Positions 26,950-40,480 of a stretch of 64,000 bases of DNA are shown one piece after another. Origin of the DNA: Oopsacas minuta (taxonomy: Eukaryota; Animalia; Porifera); NCBI GenBank assembly GCA_024704765.1, contig JAKMXF010000299.1, positions 1,389,460-1,453,459 of the forward strand, given 5' to 3'. Made by a program: the position numbers and the translations under genes. The notes beneath the pieces were generated by a model, which was given only the letters and a program-made list of their open reading frames with translations, made no database searches and was not told the origin of the DNA. The stretch's first letter is position 1; each line of letters opens with the position of its first letter.

Positions 26950-29900
26950 AGTTTTTATTGTTAATCAAGAAATTTGAGGACCCTCAGATAATTCTATTCC
27001 CTCTTGCTTGGGGCCAAGAGAAGGAAAGTGACTTCATTTTCGATTGCATCATTTGCATGGAGCATCTGATTTTGAAGTTCTCAGGAATGCAGAGGAATCA
27101 TCTGTGGGTATACATATTAATGCTAACCATACGTCGGGATGAAGTATATTCTAGGCAATGGAATAAAATAGATCACCTAGGCGGCGGTGATGTATTGTGC
27201 TACGCGTCCTGTTATTCAAAATACACTGGTGAATAAAATATCAAATATGTCACAGCTAGTAGTAGCCAACACAAACCATTGTTGAATGAGAAAGTGTTAA
27301 CGTAGTTGGAAGAACCCCTTGGTCTGGATTGGTCCAAGTGCTTGATTTGCCACAAGAAGACGAATTACAATACTTAGAAGTAAATAATGTGTGCATTTTT
27401 GAAGCGTTTGATACAATCAGATATGCAGTTTAGTGTAAGGGTGATGAAGAAATGTTCTACATACTCCGCAGTGTAAATGATGATGTAGTGGCAGCAGAGG
27501 CAAAGTACCATAAGAAATATTTGCCTCATATATTCCCAATTTAAAGTACCAAACCTTTAGAGAAATGAGGCAGAGTCAGGGTATGGTATTGCTAAAGAAA
27601 TTGCCAGTAAAGATAGGCAAAGGTATTGAACAGGGAAAAGCTTATGACATGGTGTCTCTTCTTTCAAAGTATAGTATCTATTTTAAAGAAGAGACAAAAA
27701 TGAACTTAGAAGACTATCCTGACATCGGCTGAAACTACACTTACATGCATACCTTAAAGGCAGCTTCGTGTTTCATCAATCACCTGCCAAGAACAAGGCA
27801 GAAATAAGGTAATCAAGCCGAATATCTCAGTAGCTAATCTTGGAAGACGGGAGTTGACAGAATTATCGCGGTGTTGCTGAACTTCACTGTAGATTGTCGA
27901 TATAGTAGTTGGGTTAAGGCAGAAGTAAGAAAATCTGATGGTATCACAGTTAGCCCCCCTTGGTGTAAATGAAGTGTGCCTAGAATCTGTGAAAAGAGTT
28001 GTCCCAAATAATCTTTACTGTTGATAGGCCTAATTATAACCCCAGAAGAGTCCAATTATCAAGAACTTAACCCATAAAGCACGTGTAGATAAAAGAAGAC
28101 GAAAGGCGCGTTCTAAGTACCGCTCAAGACAATATATACTGTTCAACAAATTCCAGAGTGAAGCTACCCAAACAAATAAGACTGGTAACGGCTTTACATC
28201 ACTTGATAGGATCCAAGATCCTGATCACTCGAATGAATCGAATGGGCTATTTTCCTCGTACAATGAACTAGGACCAGTTAACAGTAGTCTATCTATCGTG
28301 GTTCTGGCAAAAGCAGGACACTCGAGGACAGTCATACCATCAAACATATCCCCATGTATTTTTGTGCATATTGCTGGAGACAAAAACGACTCGAACTAAG
28401 AGACTCTAGATTGAAAAATTATAACTCATGAGACAACTATGGTTGTATTCCAGTGGCAGCATCACTATCAACTCCAGTGGCAGACCATGCAACAAGATGA
28501 CGATCCTAACTCAGATCTGGCAGTGTGTACGAGATACAAGTGTTCAGTGTATGTCAGAAGACCTGCTGTCACCAAGTATGTACACTGTTGACAAATAGTG
28601 GCACAACTGCCAGAGCAAGAAAAACTGATTTCTTTTGGGGTCTCCTTTGTCTCTACGATCAAGTCTTATACAAACAGCTACTACAGTACTAGAAAACAAG
28701 CTTGTTCCAAGCTGGGGTGGTTTTACTTCAATTTGTCCACAGATATTCCCTGTTGTAGTAATATTAGATATTGCTCTATGATATACGAGTCCTCCACAGA
28801 ATTCAGCACCGTTTGTACTATCATGAAGCACCCTCAGGAGATGGGTCCAACGTGACGAACGCGATGTACAGATGCTTACCAATTGTTGTAAATCTGGTTT
28901 GATGACAGAGCTTTTTACTCATGCAGTCACAGAATTGCTCAAATAACTTTGTGGCTGGTGTAGTTTTGCAAAGCGATATGGCAGACAATCTTGTAAACAG
29001 TACTGAGAATTGTTGTGATCATATGAGCAGGTTTATCCAGAAACTGTTTAACACTAGTGAGGTCAGCTTTTTGGATTATGTATAAATCTGAAGATCATAA
29101 CTTTTGACACCATTACAAAGGCAGTCCAAATGATTCAGATAAGTACCATCTCACTGTTGTTGCTGATAGGGACTTGTGTTGGACTGCTCCTAATCCTGCC
29201 AGTGTTAGGCGAATCAACCTAAAGGAGGTTAAGAGCTATGAGCTCTCGCCAGTGCCATTCGACCTCGCACATCATGTTGGTAGCTTACGAAAGACGAACA
29301 AGAGTGTCCTAACAACAATCCTGGAGAACAATGTCAGCGTTCTCCCAAACTGAATTTTTCATATCGAGAAACTGTCTATATTATAGATAGCATGGTTATG
29401 GTAGAGGGTATCAAGTCCGGTGGAGCAAAAAACCTTTGACGTTTTGTATATAAATGTTGCACAATATTTGCAGCGGCACTTTCCCAGAGCAGTTACACTT
29501 ACTCCACATGTTTTTGATTAGTACTGGAAGACATCGATTAATGCAGGAGAGATGATCAACAGTTCCATAGAAGTTCAAATATACGACCCATCTACACCAG
29601 TCCCCAAACAATGTGTAAATACAGCGTTAATCCACAGACAAGTTTATTCTTTGTAACTTTTTGACGTCTACATTCTTCAAACTAAGTCAACGAACGGTGT
29701 GCATAACGAAAGATCATTGATGAAACTTAACAGCAGTAACACCGGACCATGAACAAGCATAAAAGGGATTACTTCTACATGCCAAGCATGCATCACGCTC
29801 TAGTGCTAACAATGTCATTCAGTCACAGGACACTGATGTTTTTGTTCTGAGTGCTACAAACTATGTTGGCCTTAATTGTGAAGAACTCTGGTTTTGAACT

Positions 29901-30600
29901 GTCATCAAAGATCGACTTCGCTATATTCTAATTCATGATGTATTACGCAGACTAGATCAGAAACTATGCAGAATTCTTCCACCATTTCACACTCTACCTG
30001 GCTGCAGCACCGCCAGTGCACTTGCAACGATCGAAAAGAAGAAATCATGAAATGTGATCTTCCAAGATCAACTTCATAAAGAGAACCTTCACAATTTCAG
30101 TCGCAAAATGTGAAGCCTTTGTATCTCTAACAAAATAGGGTATACGTGCTAATAACTGCTGACGAAGTGAGGTGCCAATTTCATTTGTCACAAAAGCAGA
30201 AAGATGAAATACTCCCCCTCTTTCAGACAGTCTGCTTCAAAATCTGAGTCAAGCAAACTGCCAAACGATTGTTTGGAAAAACTCGCCCGAGGAGATACAG
30301 GATCTTTCGCCACCAGAGGGCAACGGATGGGTTAAAGAAGGCACAACTTCAATCCTGTAGTAATTATTAAGTAACCAGCGCCAAGAAGTTTGTTGGAATT
30401 GGTGTCAGAACAAGAAATCTCTGTGCCAGAGTAACTGTTGCTGTAAATGCCAGACTATTTTGTACAGAGGCAGGTTTCTGTATGGCTGACGCAGACTTAT
30501 GCAAAAGTCCACATTGGATACCACTGTTCTACACCGGAGATTTGGATTGTACAGAATCAGAGCCTGATTCATTTTGAACATTCGATATTATCACAATATT
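26950..30600 (+). mobile_element. AcademX-like DNA transposon (transposase + XPG-like nuclease + Cys-rich tail), decayed
   Basis: Ordered peptide remnants: DCIICMEH, DVVAAEAKYHKK, VLSTAQDNIY...LHHLIGSK, GDKNDSN*ETLD...THETTMVVFQ, YELSPVPFDLAHHVGSLRKTNKSVL, IDSMVMVE, SQDTDVFVL, FHTLPGCSTASALATIEKKK (XPG/FEN1-like helix-turn-helix motif), ANCQTIVWKNS...PEGNGWVKEG and a terminal Cys cluster. This domain order defines XPG-bearing Academ elements. Confidence 0.78.
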
Positions 30601-30719
30601 TCTATTCACAGTATATTTAAATACAATTTCGTCTTTAACAACACATATGAGAAGTCACATGAAATATTGAGGCCTCTAACGATGAGTGAAAATTATATCT
30701 ATAATTTCAAATGAAATCC

Positions 30720-31550
30720 TAAATTTTTCAGAAATTTTAGGATATACGTATTATGCTAATGATAAATAGAGATAAAAAATCAATTTTGGATTCAGTGCAA
30801 TATTTCTGAAGTTTGATGGATATAATGACCGTTTTCTAATAATGGAGGAATCGTTTATTTTTGCGAATTCTTGCCATTAGTCGAGGCTTTATGCATAATC
30901 GTTGATGCTTTGAGCTTCGGATTGTATTACCAAGGTATAATGAATCCATATTTCTGTAATATTTCGTAATTAAACGTAAGCACTAACATTTATAGTCTTA
31001 TTGTTACGGTATATCAACGGACCGAAAGGTAAGTGGTTTTTATGAGAACTTTTTACGGATTATGTCGTCACTTTTGAATGGAGCTCTGATTTCGAAATTA
31101 TTGTTCTTGGGACTCCCATTGTTCTACCTAACATTTGGGGCTATTAATAAAGGATCTGGAATTATCTGAAGTCAGAAAAGGAAAATTTCAAAACGAGGTT
31201 TCTTTCTCTAGCTTAACGCCACAAAGAAGCCCATATCTCGAAACTGTTACAATAATTCAACTTACGAACTACCAGGGATAGAGCAGGACGACTTTTTCTA
31301 CCAAAATCTGGTTTCAAACTTTTACTGTGGTGATAGTTAGCAAAAGTACTATATTCGATGATCTGTGCCTTGCCTATTATATTTATTCATCTACTTTTCC
31401 TTTTACTCAACCATTTTATCAATTTAGTCTTTTGTAAACTTTTAATGAACATTTTGCTATTTATTCTTTCCATTCAAATTCGGCTAACTTATGATTTTGC
31501 TTTGTACTTTAATGTTTGCTCATATTTGTTTCGCTGTAATTTCATATTGG
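30720..31550 (+). repeat. Right arm of diverged inverted repeat flanking the Academ-like element (outer ~200 bp flipped)
   Basis: See left arm. ELPGIEQDDFFYQ (31266-31304, +) corresponds to ELPGIEQEDLFYQ (26350-26388, -). Confidence 0.75.
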
Positions 31551-31677
31551 CTGTGCCTGGAATTATGAACCCCTATACATTGCTTGATGTTTACACGATT
31601 TCTTTTTCTGGGCATAATATATTCGTCATGAGAATAGCACTATCCAACAATTTTCATCGTTTTTTGCTCCTGCAATG

Positions 31678-33669
31678 CACAGTGGAATTTCTTATCTATT
31701 CAAGCACCCTGATTCCACATATCCAATCAGTATTTCTCTATCAGCACAGATTTTGAACAGTTCAGTATTCAGGAAATCTATTTTAGTGAGCAGCAGTAAA
31801 ACGCCATCGTGTTTGGAAGAGTTTTCCATTTATAACGAATTTCCATTGCGTTTCTGTCTTGATGAAACCTCTCACGCTCATCACTTACAGCACCTAGATT
31901 TTCCCGAAATTATTCCAAATGAGAGTGAAGAAATTGGATTATAGAGAAATATTAAATCCCATTGCTCTTGATGCATCAAGTAGTATCACAACAATTTCTT
32001 CATAAATTGGTGATTTCTTAGTACCTAAGAGTTTTCATTTAACCATTTGAATGAACTCCATGCTGTATACTCGACGGAATTAAGACATGCTTCAAAGTTT
32101 ACATCCTTGAATTGTTTTCAAATTTGGAAACCTATAAACGCCCCTTACTTGATCTTAGCATCTCTGGCCTTTGGAAATTTTCCATTGACCCAATCGAAAC
32201 CTTTTCCTTTTTTTTTGCATTTCACTTTCGCCTTTACAGAGTTTTTCATCAAACATAGTTATATGTGTAGAAGTGGCAATATATTTTCTCACAATTTACT
32301 AAGGAATGACAACTTACACACTTTATACAGAGAGTTAGTTTATGTTGTAGAAGTCTATCTTCAACTATATAGTGAGATTGCCTTGCTCTACTATCCCACT
32401 CACAGAGGAAGTAGTAATATTTCGTGTATCGTGCTTGCATACTCAACAAAAGTTCAATTACCTTCAGATTACTACATGTGATAATTGTAAGTTTCATATC
32501 TGATCTCTTTCAATAAGATATGCTTATTTTCATGAGACCCCTTCATGTGCACTGAATGACATATCGGTATGGATGGTAATACACTACCTTTGTGAAGACT
32601 ACCTTGAGGCTGTACTTAGAAGAATCAATTAGGTGACGCCACTCTGATGGTTCGTGTTGAACACCAATTAACTCCACCACACGATCCACCTTGTATAATA
32701 GCAACGAGACCCCTGCATTTCAAAATGTAAAGAGATATCACTTTGACGGGTCCTGAAAAATGAAATTTTCCTTTCCTAATCCAAGAATTTCTAACCTGAA
32801 AAGTTGGAAGTTATTGAATCTCGACCAAAGCAATCCCTTTGATCTTTTGTCAAATTCAAGCCTCTAACCAAATCATTCAGCTCACTTTATTTAATGATGT
32901 GTGGAAGCCTTGTTTTATCATGTGGCAGATAGGGGTATAAATTCCTCATCATCTCCATCAAACATAGCATCTTCAACAGTATCGTCACCAGAGGATTTTT
33001 CTTAGGCTTAGACACTTCGAATTCTGTAGAATGCTTAACAGGACGAATCGCATATTTAAGTTCGGAATAACATAGATTCTTTTCGGTCTTAGAAGTGATT
33101 TCTATTATATCAGTCAAACGGAATTAAGAATCAGTAAAATGATCTCTGGGTTCCCTCATATCATGGGAATAGCAAATGGCATTAAAGTACGTGAGCCATT
33201 TAACAATTTACTAAGTCTTATTGCGCATTTTTGAGCAACAGTAATGAGGTACCCAAGACTATCTTGATCACCAATCTTGCAACCGAAATATTGCTCAGAT
33301 CTCTTGTGTATAAGGGGAGACATGTCTCTCTGCTGAATTTTGTAGTAAATTCTCACAAATATAACAGAAAACATCTGTTAGTTTTGATCATCAACAAACA
33401 TTATTGAAAAGAAATAAATACAAATTTAATCTGGATCTCCTCTCGATAGAGCAAATAATCATCTATACTGTGAGAAAATTTGAAATGGTTAGACGAAAGG
33501 TATTAACACCAACATATAGGCATAAATATATACATTCTAAATAGATCTATGGAAACATGATTTTGGAAATTTCTGAATTTTCAAAATCTATGCCTGATGG
33601 TGAAAAACTGATTAGAAATTGGAATCAGGGTACTTGAATACATAGATAAACTAACATGTATTCCAGGAG
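31678..33669 (-). mobile_element. Chapaev3-like (CMC superfamily) DNA transposon, decayed
   Basis: Minus-strand peptides YFGCKIGDQD, MPFAIPMIWREP, CSNLKVIELLLSMQARYTKYYYFLCEWDSRAR and GAVSDERERFHQD...MEIRY. Imperfect TIRs share TATTCAAG.ACCCTGATTCCA (about 31697 and about 33625). That it is a transposon is firm; the family name comes from recall of the motif set. Confidence 0.7.
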
Positions 33670-34038
33670 CAAAAAAGATGAAAATGTGTTGGACGATGCA
33701 GTTGGCGTTAGGAATGGTCGTTTTAGGATTCTTATCCTGTTCAGGAAGCGATGAGATAGATTAGAAAAAATGGTTACAAGATTTTGTAGATGTATTAGTT
33801 GTGATGGGTGTAGAATAAACGACCTCCAAAATCATCTAAACTTCTAAACAATTTGCTATTTGGAAATTTATTGGAAAATTTTCTATTACTGGGGATATAT
33901 TTTAGAAATAGTGCTTCCTAATATCCTGGTATACTGTACGCACAATGAGGAACGGAACATAGTATTTATTTATATTCACAACTATTTTCTGGTATGCATG
34001 GAAATGAAGAAGGCTATATAGTAAATTATTTTGGTATA

Positions 34039-35370
34039 CAGTCTGACACGAAATTGTTTACAATTTTTAAATTATTTCCTAAGAGCCCGTAATACGGCAA
34101 AAGCACGAAATTGCTATATCTCGATCACTTTACATAAACAATATAATACAGATTTTGTTGTTTCAAATTTTTTTGATTTCTTACATCATTTCTTTGATTT
34201 TGTCATGTCGTCGTGGCGATTACTGAGCATTTTTTCCCTATTCTGTGGTGAACCATAATACTTAGAAATATATGCAACAAGCCAAACTTCAAGAGGTTTC
34301 GGGGTTATTAAAATTGAAAACAACTACTATAAAGTCAATTGCAAAGCTATGTGGAATTTCTTTGAAGACCGTATATAATGTCAAAGCTAAAGTGTCAGAT
34401 TCCAGAAATTTGTAGCATCGAAAAGGAACTGGTAGACCAATGAAAATCTCCAAAAATAGCAAGATGTCTTTTACAGCCAATCTCCGAAACAATCCACGAG
34501 TATTTGTAACGAGGATACCAAGTGAATTTCAGGTCACTCAGGGTTTAGCATATCTAGAGAGTTTGTATGGAGGACAATAAAGACTATGGGACTTTCTAAT
34601 AAAGTTCCGATCATAGGGCCGGGAATCATTCCTCAGAATGGGAAAATACTTGTCGATTGGGCCAAACAACACAGGTATATTCACTGGCACAAGATAATAT
34701 TCATGGATGAATGTTTTATCTGGCTAAATCAGGGTAGAATTCGAATGCGGACAAGAGGTGAACGACCAATCCTCAACATTCCACGTCATACTCACAAAGT
34801 ACGCATTTGGGCAGGAATCTCTGCTTGAGGTGCCACACCAGTGAAGGTATTCAAGCATAACTTTAATTCCGGACATTATTGTAATGTTTTAAATGAAGTT
34901 CTTTTTCAGACTGCAGGAACATTATACCCTGATGACTGGAAATTGCAAGAGGATAATTCGAGTATCCATACATCAAAGTTTTCATATGCTTTCAAAGATA
35001 CACACCGGGTTAGACGCATAGACTAGCCTCGCAATAGCCCGGATCCCAACCCTATTGAGAATTTATGGGGTGTACTGAAGCACAGAATAATAGTCAACGC
35101 TCCAAAGACAATTGAGGAGGTGGAGAGTATGATATATTTTCGGTGGGAAACGTTTGAACCTGATTTTCTTTCTAGGTTCACAAGTTCTATGAGAAAAGGT
35201 GTGATCTGGTAATTTCCTCTGGTGGGAAAAAGATTAACAATTCGTAACATTATTGTTTTAGGTAATATCTATTACTTCCATACAAGAAATATATCGTCAA
35301 TTTCTTTAGAAATCGATGCTATATTGAATTATAGTTAATTTATAATTGTAAATAATTTCGTATCAGACTG
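34039..35370 (+). mobile_element. Tc1-like (DD34E) transposon, defective
   Basis: TA-flanked TIRs CAGTCTGACACGAAATT / AATTTCGTATCAGACTG. Motifs IFMDEC, VRIWAGIS and QEDNSSIH...NSPDPNPIENLW with 34-residue D-E spacing. Confidence 0.92.
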
Positions 35371-37965
35371 TACACGTATCAGGGACGTAGGGGGAGGGGA
35401 GCCGAGGCTCCATCCGTAAGCTCAACATAGCGAAATATGTTTTATACTTTAGGACCAGAACGCACAGAATACAGATGCTATACTGACCATAGTCATCTCC
35501 ATATGGCCACTTTGTGAAAAATGTATACATCTCAAATCTACCATCACTTTCCTGGGGTCGCTACTATCTAGATTCCAAGGTCATACTTCTTGTTTTGAAA
35601 TTTTAGCAGAAAATCAAAACCACTATGTTTTGTCTAGTTAGGACCTATTATTTTGCTTTGGAAAAAGGAGAGGAGAATATTAAGAATCAGTTAAAGCATT
35701 GGATTCATTTTGGTAATCGAAATCTGAAAGATCAGAAATTGTATACTCCCCGAAATGCATGCCATAGCTCTAATGCTCGAGGACAATTGGTGATGTTCCA
35801 TTGGGAGATCTCCCTGGGATATGCTTAGCTAGAGGGTTGCTAGTGGTTACTAGCAACACCGGGACTACTATCAGGAACCCTGTATTATACACGCAATCTC
35901 TATGTTATCGGGTGCTAGCAACTCCAGTGATAATCTGGAATTTCTCTTCTGAGCACATGCTCCATTTTTTAGGTATTGAATCAAAATATGTATATTGATT
36001 CCTAAATTTTTGAGCAAGTTTTCTTATGTTTAACAACATTCATGGAATCACTACTCTATTTGTTGGGCATATTTTGGTTGATCATTATTGCCAGGGATAT
36101 AAATTTTCAGTCAAAATTAATGTTGTAATTTCATAATTCCCTGACTGTATTCGTCTCCGATTTGTAATGTCGGTCCTGAAATCGAAATATGGACACATTA
36201 TTTTCCAACGGAAGTCGACAGGATTTCACCCAAGGGGCAAAGAAATTATCTAGTAGGGCATGAAGTTTCCAAGTGGCAGGACGCAGGGTAAGGTGTTTCA
36301 CTTGTTTAGCAGGAGCATACCCAGTGGCGGATCAATAAATTTTTGTGGTTAGTACCATCCAGTTGGACAGTTACGTCGTGTGGCTTTGATATATGGGGGG
36401 CACAAATTCAATCTGGTTGTCAAGCAGTTATAGATGTTTCCTACCAATTTGAATTTGTGCCCCCGGATTTCAAAGCCTATGGGCGCTGTAAACAATCAGT
36501 AAGCTCCAAGAGCCATAGAATTGAGAGAAATTCCTTATGTCCTACAATTTCTGAAGAAAGTTGTTGTTTATGGACGAGTAAAGATATGTAGCTGAGGGAA
36601 TATTTGGGTGGCCCCAGTCACATATGCACGACGCTACTGCACCTGGGGGGTCTGGGGTGCTGTAGGTCTTCCAGTAGTGACGGGGCGTAGCCCTTGGACA
36701 CTAAGTAATAATAGCTAATTCATTAATTACCTTTTATTGCCACGTAGGTTTGAATCTTGAAACAATTTCTCAGTTAAATTTTAAGAATAAATAGTCAAAT
36801 CTTTTAACAAACAACGAGAAGTTACCCCAATAATTATTATATCAAAGGAAGCACCGAACGGAAGAATCGTAAGATAATCCTTGATATTTTACTTTGTATG
36901 GTCAATTCTACTCTTTACTTTGCCGACTATACTTTAGCATAGTTGCCCAGTATTGAAATAGGTGCCTATTTTTTTAACAACTGAATGGATGTCGGCCCTG
37001 TACGCCATAACGGCCTAGAGAAAACATTGCATTTGCTCAAGGTATCAACACTCAAAAAAATATTACCTGGTTTGGAAGATCAATACAAGCTATATCCCTT
37101 ATTTATGGGTTAGATTAAATAATTTGATGGCTAGATTCAAGCGAAGCGAACCTAAATTTCCAGGTTACAATTTAAGCCAAGGGATCAGGTTGCATGCCCA
37201 GGGAACGAATTTACCAGGGGGGACATTGCCCCCCATTCCCTCCCCATGGCGATTTCCTGTTATTTACATACTTTTAGCCTGTCTCATTACCCTGGCCTAA
37301 AATTTATGATATCATTGGAAAGTTTATATTTCGGCTTTCTTGACGGAAATCAAGATCTAGTTCTACAGGAATCATATTTATGTACACCATATCCAAAGAT
37401 CAGCATACTAGCGCTCATAGTACTGACCTGTAGTCTAGAACCGTAACTATGTCAGCTGGTTTTTTCTGTCATTAAAATGGCATATGGAGGTCCACATTTT
37501 GTATCGCCATAACTTCCAGAATATTTGTCAAAGTAATCACGGCTATTCTCGAATTGAAATCCCAGAAATTCGAATTTCACTTGACTGGAGCCTTATGGCC
37601 ACTTCAAAAGTGGCAAAACCACTTAGCAAACTTGTATCGTCCTAAGCGGTCAATTTGTGATCATTTGATTGATCACATGATCATATTCAGTGGAATTTAC
37701 CTCAGGAATGTCACGGACTTCTTAAACTCCGTGGCTTAAATTTCGTTTTCCTGTGAAATTCCGCTATGCGGAAAACACTATATTATACATCTTGATATCC
37801 CGCAATCCGCTAGAGCTAGACATTGAAGATGTATTATTGTCGTTTAGAAAGTGCATTTGTGTAATCGGTTGAGCGCATATCTTCGGAAATCTTGGTTATG
37901 TCACCATGGTGTTCCCACTTAACATGACCTTTATTTAATTCAGGATTACTTTCTTTCCTTTTTAG

Positions 37966-38081
37966 AACAAAGGTAGAAGCCCTGCAACATTTTGAGTTCG
38001 ACTTGCCATATAAAGAACTTGGATTTGATGGTTCCCCTTTTCGATCACATTGTCTTCTGCAACCAACAACCAATTGTCTGG
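37966..38081 (+). CDS. SPT16: FACT complex subunit SPT16, internal exon (third in window; missed by the ORF track frame)
   Basis: tttttag|A acceptor and G|gttagt donor; 116 nt, phase 2-1. Encodes [38 protein letters not shown] (human EKVEAL...[29 protein letters not shown]). It exactly fills the gap between the neighbouring exons. Confidence 0.95.
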
Positions 38082-39129
38082 GTTAGTTTTCTCTTCTTTT
38101 TCGCAATTTATTGTTCTCCTAGGGCATTTGCTTGCTGGGTTAAGAACATGTGGCCTTATCCGTACCACTTCTTTCCTCGGATTTAACTTAAGTACATATT
38201 GGTTGACTTTTTACCTCATTTTGTAGCAACTCTTCGGGATATATATTCAGGACTTTGTGCCTCGAATTTCAGCAACAGCAGAGATTTGATGATTGTGTCA
38301 TTCTTGTGCCATCCAAATTCATATACTGACATTCTGTAGTCACACTGGAGCTGTTACATAGTTAGCAGCTATTAATCTCGACACATTGTGCCTCCTTTAT
38401 CGCGAAGTTCTCAAAGTGTTCGAGTTTGTTTACAGTCATGATGATGTAGGCATTTGCATTTCTTCAAAATTATCACGTTAGGACATTTTGCATAATGAAG
38501 TTTCCCTTTCATTGAATGTTATCACTCTAACCATCCACGTATATTGGTTGAGCATTTGCAAATAATGTGTTCAATAATGATCCAATACGTTACAATTACG
38601 TCATATCTTCTTCCTAGGCATGAATTATCGTCTAACTCGAAGTTATCGATCCAGGCCAAAATTGCCCCCATTTAAAAAAATCAGCCCTAGGATTTTCTAT
38701 AATCAAGAGCCAAAGGCTCGTCGCTTCGCAAAGAACTCGCCACATTCCGCCTCGAGGTATTCAACGGACAAACAAACAGCAAACAACAATTGAGATTTAA
38801 TATTATTGGTATTGTTTACCCTATTCAGACTCAGCATACTCGATTACCCCAGTATAGTCTTTGAAATTATGATTTTATTTCAATTTTGAAATTTGTTAGT
38901 TCTTATTCAAAAAAACAACAATAAATTTACATATGATTAATCCAAAAGTGTAATTTCGGATTCATTATGTTCGATATATTTAGTGAAGTTTTATTTAATT
39001 TTATATACTTCCTTGATAAACACGATGAATACATAGTTATGAGGCAGTTTCAAAATTGCACACCGTGAATCCTTTCAACATCGGACGAGCTACTTGTCAT
39101 TACCTCAATGACATACCCTAAGAAGAGTA

Positions 39130-40480
39130 CCAAATGACATTTGAAAATTGGATTCAGAGGTTGAATTCAATAGTTGAGTATGTAGGAGACTATTTCGAAC
39201 ATTCTTAATACACATTGGGGATTTTTAAACAGTCCGAGTGATTCTTTTGGACAGTGATGAGTATTTATTGAATGCCCCTGTATGTTGGAGAATTCTCTTG
39301 TCTCAAGAGAGCCGTGACGTGATAATTTTCGCACACTGACAATAGTATGAGGCCTAACCTTAGCATGATCCAAGCGAAGGAATCGATTCAGACAGGCTGA
39401 AATGTCTTCACCTCTGCTCGGACTTTTAATCAATGGTTAGATTTGACAATATTCGCCTCCAAACACTGCAACCTTTGTAACCGTATCTTAAATAGCAGGA
39501 ACAGAGATTCTGGAATAGACGATCCATACGCTCTTCGACATGCTTGGGCCATAGTAGCAATTTCCCAAACAAAGGCGGTGTACGTTGGATTAGTTGATCT
39601 TTAAAGGTCAGCTTTGTGATGTTTTACAAGTATTGCTCTTTGATTCAGAGGGTATTTTTGGCCGAAAATGGACAGTCTTACCACTATCTAGGATGAGAGC
39701 CACTATTCTCAAAGAAGTCATACTAGGACAGTTTCATCTCTTGAACGGACCTTAGCCAACATGGCATGGTTGTAATACTTTACCTGTACCAGCAGCACCT
39801 CAATGAAGGACACCCTAGCTCAAACCTCATTATTATCTTAACACTCGATAACAGCGTTAAAGATTTTCATTAGCTCGTTATTGAGAGATTAACATTATAG
39901 AACTCGCTCTCGAGCTGAACACTAAGAAAAGATCAAGCTAATTGCGATTATTCGGGGTTCTTCGTATCGAATACTAATTTTATTTGTATGGGCATACATA
40001 AAACATCTGATAAGCATCTCCCTTGCTATTGCAAGCTCTCTTGAATAACCAACAACACGCTATTTAGAATATGCTCATCCAATTGGACACCCAAACACAT
40101 AGCCTAGCTCGATTAAGAAGATCTTCCTCTGTAGAGGCCGTGTGGGTTTCCTACCGTACTATTGGATAATTCAGTACATTGAATTGCGTTATAGTGCAGA
40201 ATAATTGGCTCATTTGGAAAGGCATAGCAGGGGTAAACCCTTCTTTTAAACACTCTTCTATCACTCCTAGCCTGCTTACGGCCTTCTTATAGCTATTTCA
40301 GATGGTACCATCAGCCAAGGTTCGAAAGTCCTCATAACACTCGAGTCCGGGAACACTCAGGAGCATTCGAATATATAAACGCTCACATTGTCCAGAATGT
40401 GTAGCATGCATCGCCCATTCTTGATACCACTTTCACTCTAATCTTCAAATTCGTAATAGTTACATCCTTAGTACCGTGAA
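39130..40480 (-). mobile_element. Helitron RepHel remnant (post-Rep linker and PIF1 helicase N-terminal half), heavily decayed
   Basis: Minus-strand peptides LYIRMLLSVPGLECYEDFRTLADG, IVALILDSGKTVHFRPKIP, FVWEIATMAQ and VAVFGGEYCQI*PLI match Helitron linker and PIF1 motifs. Confidence 0.75.

Noticed and set aside
26760-30889. TAGCC… / …GGCT as the exact Academ termini
   Set aside because: Homology between the two sides continues for hundreds of bp outside these points and no convincing TSD is present, so the termini cannot be fixed here.
35378-37260. GC-rich motifs (CAGGGACGTAGGGGG…, GGGGGTCTGGGG…, CAGTGGCGG…) suggesting hAT-type non-autonomous elements
   Set aside because: No matched TIR pair with a TSD could be established, so they are left unannotated.
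39130-39440. The 88-aa minus ORF (…IQGHSINTHH…) first looked like a Penelope GIY-YIG endonuclease
   Set aside because: Upstream frames give PIF1 helicase motifs (LDSGKTVH, WEIATM, FGGEYCQ), so it belongs to a Helitron remnant.
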